Shown here in pieces: positions 60,946 through 64,000 of a DNA stretch of 64,000 nucleotides. Source of the stretch: Octopus vulgaris. Its lineage: Eukaryota. Both the position numbers and the translations under genes were made by a program. Each line of letters opens with the position of its first letter. The first letter of the stretch is position 1. The DNA lies in NCBI GenBank assembly GCA_951406725.2, contig OX597839.1, positions 38,440,001 to 38,504,000 of the forward strand. The letters run 5' to 3'. Under the pieces are notes generated by a model. That model had not been told where the DNA came from and searched no databases. It saw nothing but the letters and a program-made list of their open reading frames with translations.

Positions 60946-61462
60946 AGTGCATTGATTTGTCTGGGGTCCTACATTAGTAGCAACATGGACACTTTCAGTC
61001 TTCTTGCTCTATTAGAGCTTTTGAGTAAAATTATATTAATGTGTCCAACTGATCAAAAATTCTATTTATTTATTTATGCAACTGAGGATAGCCCTGCATT
61101 TAAATTGATGTAATGATTGCATTGTTCAATTAAATGGATCCACTTCAAATGGTTGCACTGCATCACCTCTTGATATCCCGTTGCTTATTTTGAATTTATA
61201 TATATTCATACTGGTTATGCGGTTAGTGCTGTTGTTACACGTATTCCCTGTTTCTCGTCTTGTTCATTGGCTGAGCATAATGCACAAACTGAGCTGTAAA
61301 GGAGAAATGAAATCTTAGTCAGACACAGAAAGGGTAATAGTGTGATGGTGGTGTTGGTGGTGGTGGTGGTAGCCTTTGAGTTTTTTCCTCCCAAAGATTT
61401 TTAACCCAATATTTTACATGCTATTTTCTATAGTTTTATCTGCTTCAAGTTCCACTGTTAAA

Positions 61463-61502
<40 letters not shown>

Positions 61503-61505
<3 letters not shown>

Positions 61506-61857
61506 CGAATGAGTGGCTGTGTGGTAAGTAGCTTGCTTACCAACCACATAGTTCCGGGTTCAGCTCTTCTGCTATAGCCTTGGGCTGACCAAAGCCTTGT
61601 GAGTGGATTTGATAGACAGAAACTAGAAGAAGCCCGTCGAAAATATGTATATATATATATATATGTGTGTGTGTATGTTTGTGTGTCTGTGTTTGTCCCC
61701 CCAACATCGCTTGACAACTGATGCTGGTGTGTTTATGTCCCCATAACTTAGCGGTTCAGCAAAAGAGACCAATAGAATAAGTACTAGTCGATATGCTCGA
61801 CTAAAGACAGTGTTCCAGCATGGCCACAGCCAAATGACTAAAACAAGTAAAAGAGTA
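61503..61857 (+). mobile_element. SINE family A
   Basis: Near full-length copy with small deletions. Confidence 0.8.
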
Positions 61858-61983
61858 TATATATATATATATATATAGTATTCAATAAAGGGTGGAATTT
61901 AATTAATTTAATAAAATTAATCAATTTCACCTAGTAGATTTGTCGGTATGGAAAAGACCATATTTGGTAAGGGTTATAATAGT

Positions 61984-62082
61984 TATAATAAAGGATTAAA
62001 TGCAACAAGTTGCTCAAAACCACATAATATTTTCTAATATTTTCGGTATGTGGTTTTGAGCAACTTGTTGCATTTAACCCTT

Positions 62083-62089
<7 letters not shown>
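61984..62089. repeat. Inverted repeat (43-bp arms) next to (TA)n
   Basis: 61984-62026 pairs with 62047-62089, one mismatch. Confidence 0.85.
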
Positions 62090-62135
<46 letters not shown>

Positions 62136-62570
62136 TGAAGGCTGTTAATAAGCACAGAATGTGTAGATGAAGGGCGTAAAGTAAAAACAAATAATAATCA
62201 TCATCATCATCATCGTTTAGCATCCGCTTTCCATGCTGGCATGGGTTGGACGGTTCAACTGGGGTCTGGGAAGCCAGAAGGCTGCACCAGGTCCAGTCTG
62301 ATCTGGCAGTGTTTCTACAGCTGGATGCCCTTCCTAACGCCAACCACTCCATGAGTGTAGTGGGTGCTTTTTATGTGCCAGACGAGGCTAGCAAACAGCC
62401 ACGATCGGACGGTGCTTTTTACGTGCCACAATGTGCAGCGAAAAAGAAAAAAAAAAGAAACAAAATAAAAAAGAACAAATAGGGTGTGAGGGTGGGGAAG
62501 GTGGGGAGAGAAGTGAAAAAGAAAAAAAAGAAGCCAATGATTAACTAATTTGTTGGTGCTGATCACTTAC

Positions 62571-62888
62571 GGAGAACAATGCCTGTTTGTGTCACTTGGG
62601 GTTGTTGAATGCAATGAAAGGCTGGCGAATAATGGCTGGTTGAATGTAGGGATATAGCATCCTGATAGGAGGGCTCAAAGTCCTGTCTAAATGGCTCAAC
62701 TCTCACTGGGTCAACTGCCGCTGGTTCAGCCCTTGTTGCTTCAGTCATGGTGGCTGCATCAAATCTGTTTGAGTTTGGCTCAGTAGTATCTGGTACTTTC
62801 AAAGCAGTCTCGCTACTAATAGAACAATCACGAATCGACGAAGAGCTTCCTAGGCCCAATTCTTCTCCAGATGCATTGCTTTCTTGAC
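62571..62888 (-). CDS. Candidate internal exon of an unidentified minus-strand gene (QESNASGEELGLGSSSSIRD...QVTQTGIVL), Ser/Thr/Pro/Glu-rich
   Basis: 318 nt of non-repetitive open frame. Pyrimidine-rich acceptor ending gaAG, strong GTAAGT donor, symmetric phase 1-1. Confidence 0.65.
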
Positions 62889-63154
62889 CTTCATTAACAG
62901 AAAGTGATTAGAAAGAGAAATTGTTAATTAACTAGGTTCAATACTGTTAATTTGATAGAGCACAATCATGAATACAAGAGGTTGAAATGGGGTTCTTCTG
63001 AAGGGTCTCTTGAGAAAAGTTGCATAACCCTATTTACATTCAATGGATATTTGTCCTCATATTGTTTGTTGTTAACACAATGTTTCGGCTGATATACCCT
63101 CCAGTCTTGGGGAAATTTCGAACCTGGGTTCTCATTCCTAAGGTATTTTTTCTA

Positions 63155-63214
<60 letters not shown>

Positions 63215-63230
63215 CATTATTATTATTATT

Positions 63231-63598
63231 GAGTGACACTGGGGTAAAATATACGAAGCCCAGTATACCCATCATGACTACCTGTCTGATAAGGTTACAC
63301 CAGGCACATGCATCACAACCATATGTGTGTGACATGGTGATCTCATAACAAGATAAACAGCGCATGACCTTGCGGGTGGGGCCCATTTAGAATTTTCTTC
63401 TGGTTGGGTAACCCATCACACTCAAAAGGTCCCTGACTAAGGGTTGTTTAAGGATGTTGAACGAAACACCCATGCTTCCAGAGGGGAATTATTCAAACCT
63501 CAAAGAATCCCTCTCGACACATGGCTCCCCCGCTACTTCTACTCGTGATCAGAGATGCACATATCGTCAGCCACTAAGGGACATGCTCAACTGGTTAA
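63231..63598 (-). mobile_element. Second, truncated copy of the (TAA)n-associated element
   Basis: Homologous to 37728-38095. Confidence 0.75.
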
Positions 63599-63830
63599 GT
63601 GCATTGAAAAGGAAGGAGACTACATAGAAGAGGGATGTACTTGTTTATCTCCTGCTTTTGTGTAAATATATTGGAAAACAAGAATGCTTATAATTTTTCA
63701 CTCTCCATTCTATATTTATTATGTTTAATATGTATGAAAGTGTACAAAATTTTTTATTTTGTTTATAATTTATAATCTTTATAGTTTTTTTTTAATAATT
63801 TTATTTTCATTCCTGTTGGATCCCACTTAT

Positions 63831-63953
63831 CTGTCCACAACATCTTTTTTCCAATTTGGCTGCAGTCATTTTCTCTACGTCCACCCCCAGGATGGAGCAA
63901 TAGTTTAGCTGAACCTAAAGAACGCATTCCGTCAGCAGTGCAGGAGATAATTC
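63831..63953 (-). CDS. Candidate upstream exon of the same gene (IISCTADGMRSLGSAKLLLHPGGGRRENDCSQIGKKMLWT)
   Basis: catttcAG acceptor, only one open frame, 123 nt, phase 1-1 if the donor is the non-canonical CAG|ATAAGT. Confidence 0.4.
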
Positions 63954-64000
63954 CTGAAATGCTTCAAAATGTGTTTCTCGATGTTAAGGATAGATTTGAA

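Overview
Eukaryotic, AT-rich genomic DNA saturated with microsatellites and SINEs. The repeat families and composition look like a coleoid cephalopod (Octopus-type) genome; this is inferred, not verified. One complete gene can be reconstructed: an RCC2/TD-60 orthologue on the + strand with 11 coding exons (28057-42572, 468 aa, all GT-AG introns with consistent phases). There are candidate exons of two further minus-strand genes, at about 2731-2917 and at 63831-63953 / 62571-62888 / possibly 50987-51075. The rest is tRNA-derived SINEs of at least four families, an RTE-tail-like repeat with an internal VNTR, hAT and piggyBac MITEs, two non-autonomous Helitrons, and CR1, Tx1-like, mariner and DD37D relics. 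Most ORFs in the supplied track are microsatellite or SINE artefacts. The most unusual signals are (1) a set of long fold-back elements inserted in (TA)n tracts, two of which carry minimal Penelope-type hammerhead ribozyme cores (one in an RCC2 intron), plus further degenerate hammerhead motifs in dispersed repeats; (2) a CAG|ATAAGT near-donor that would need A-to-I editing to become canonical; and (3) a transposase relic that may have been exonised as a terminal exon.
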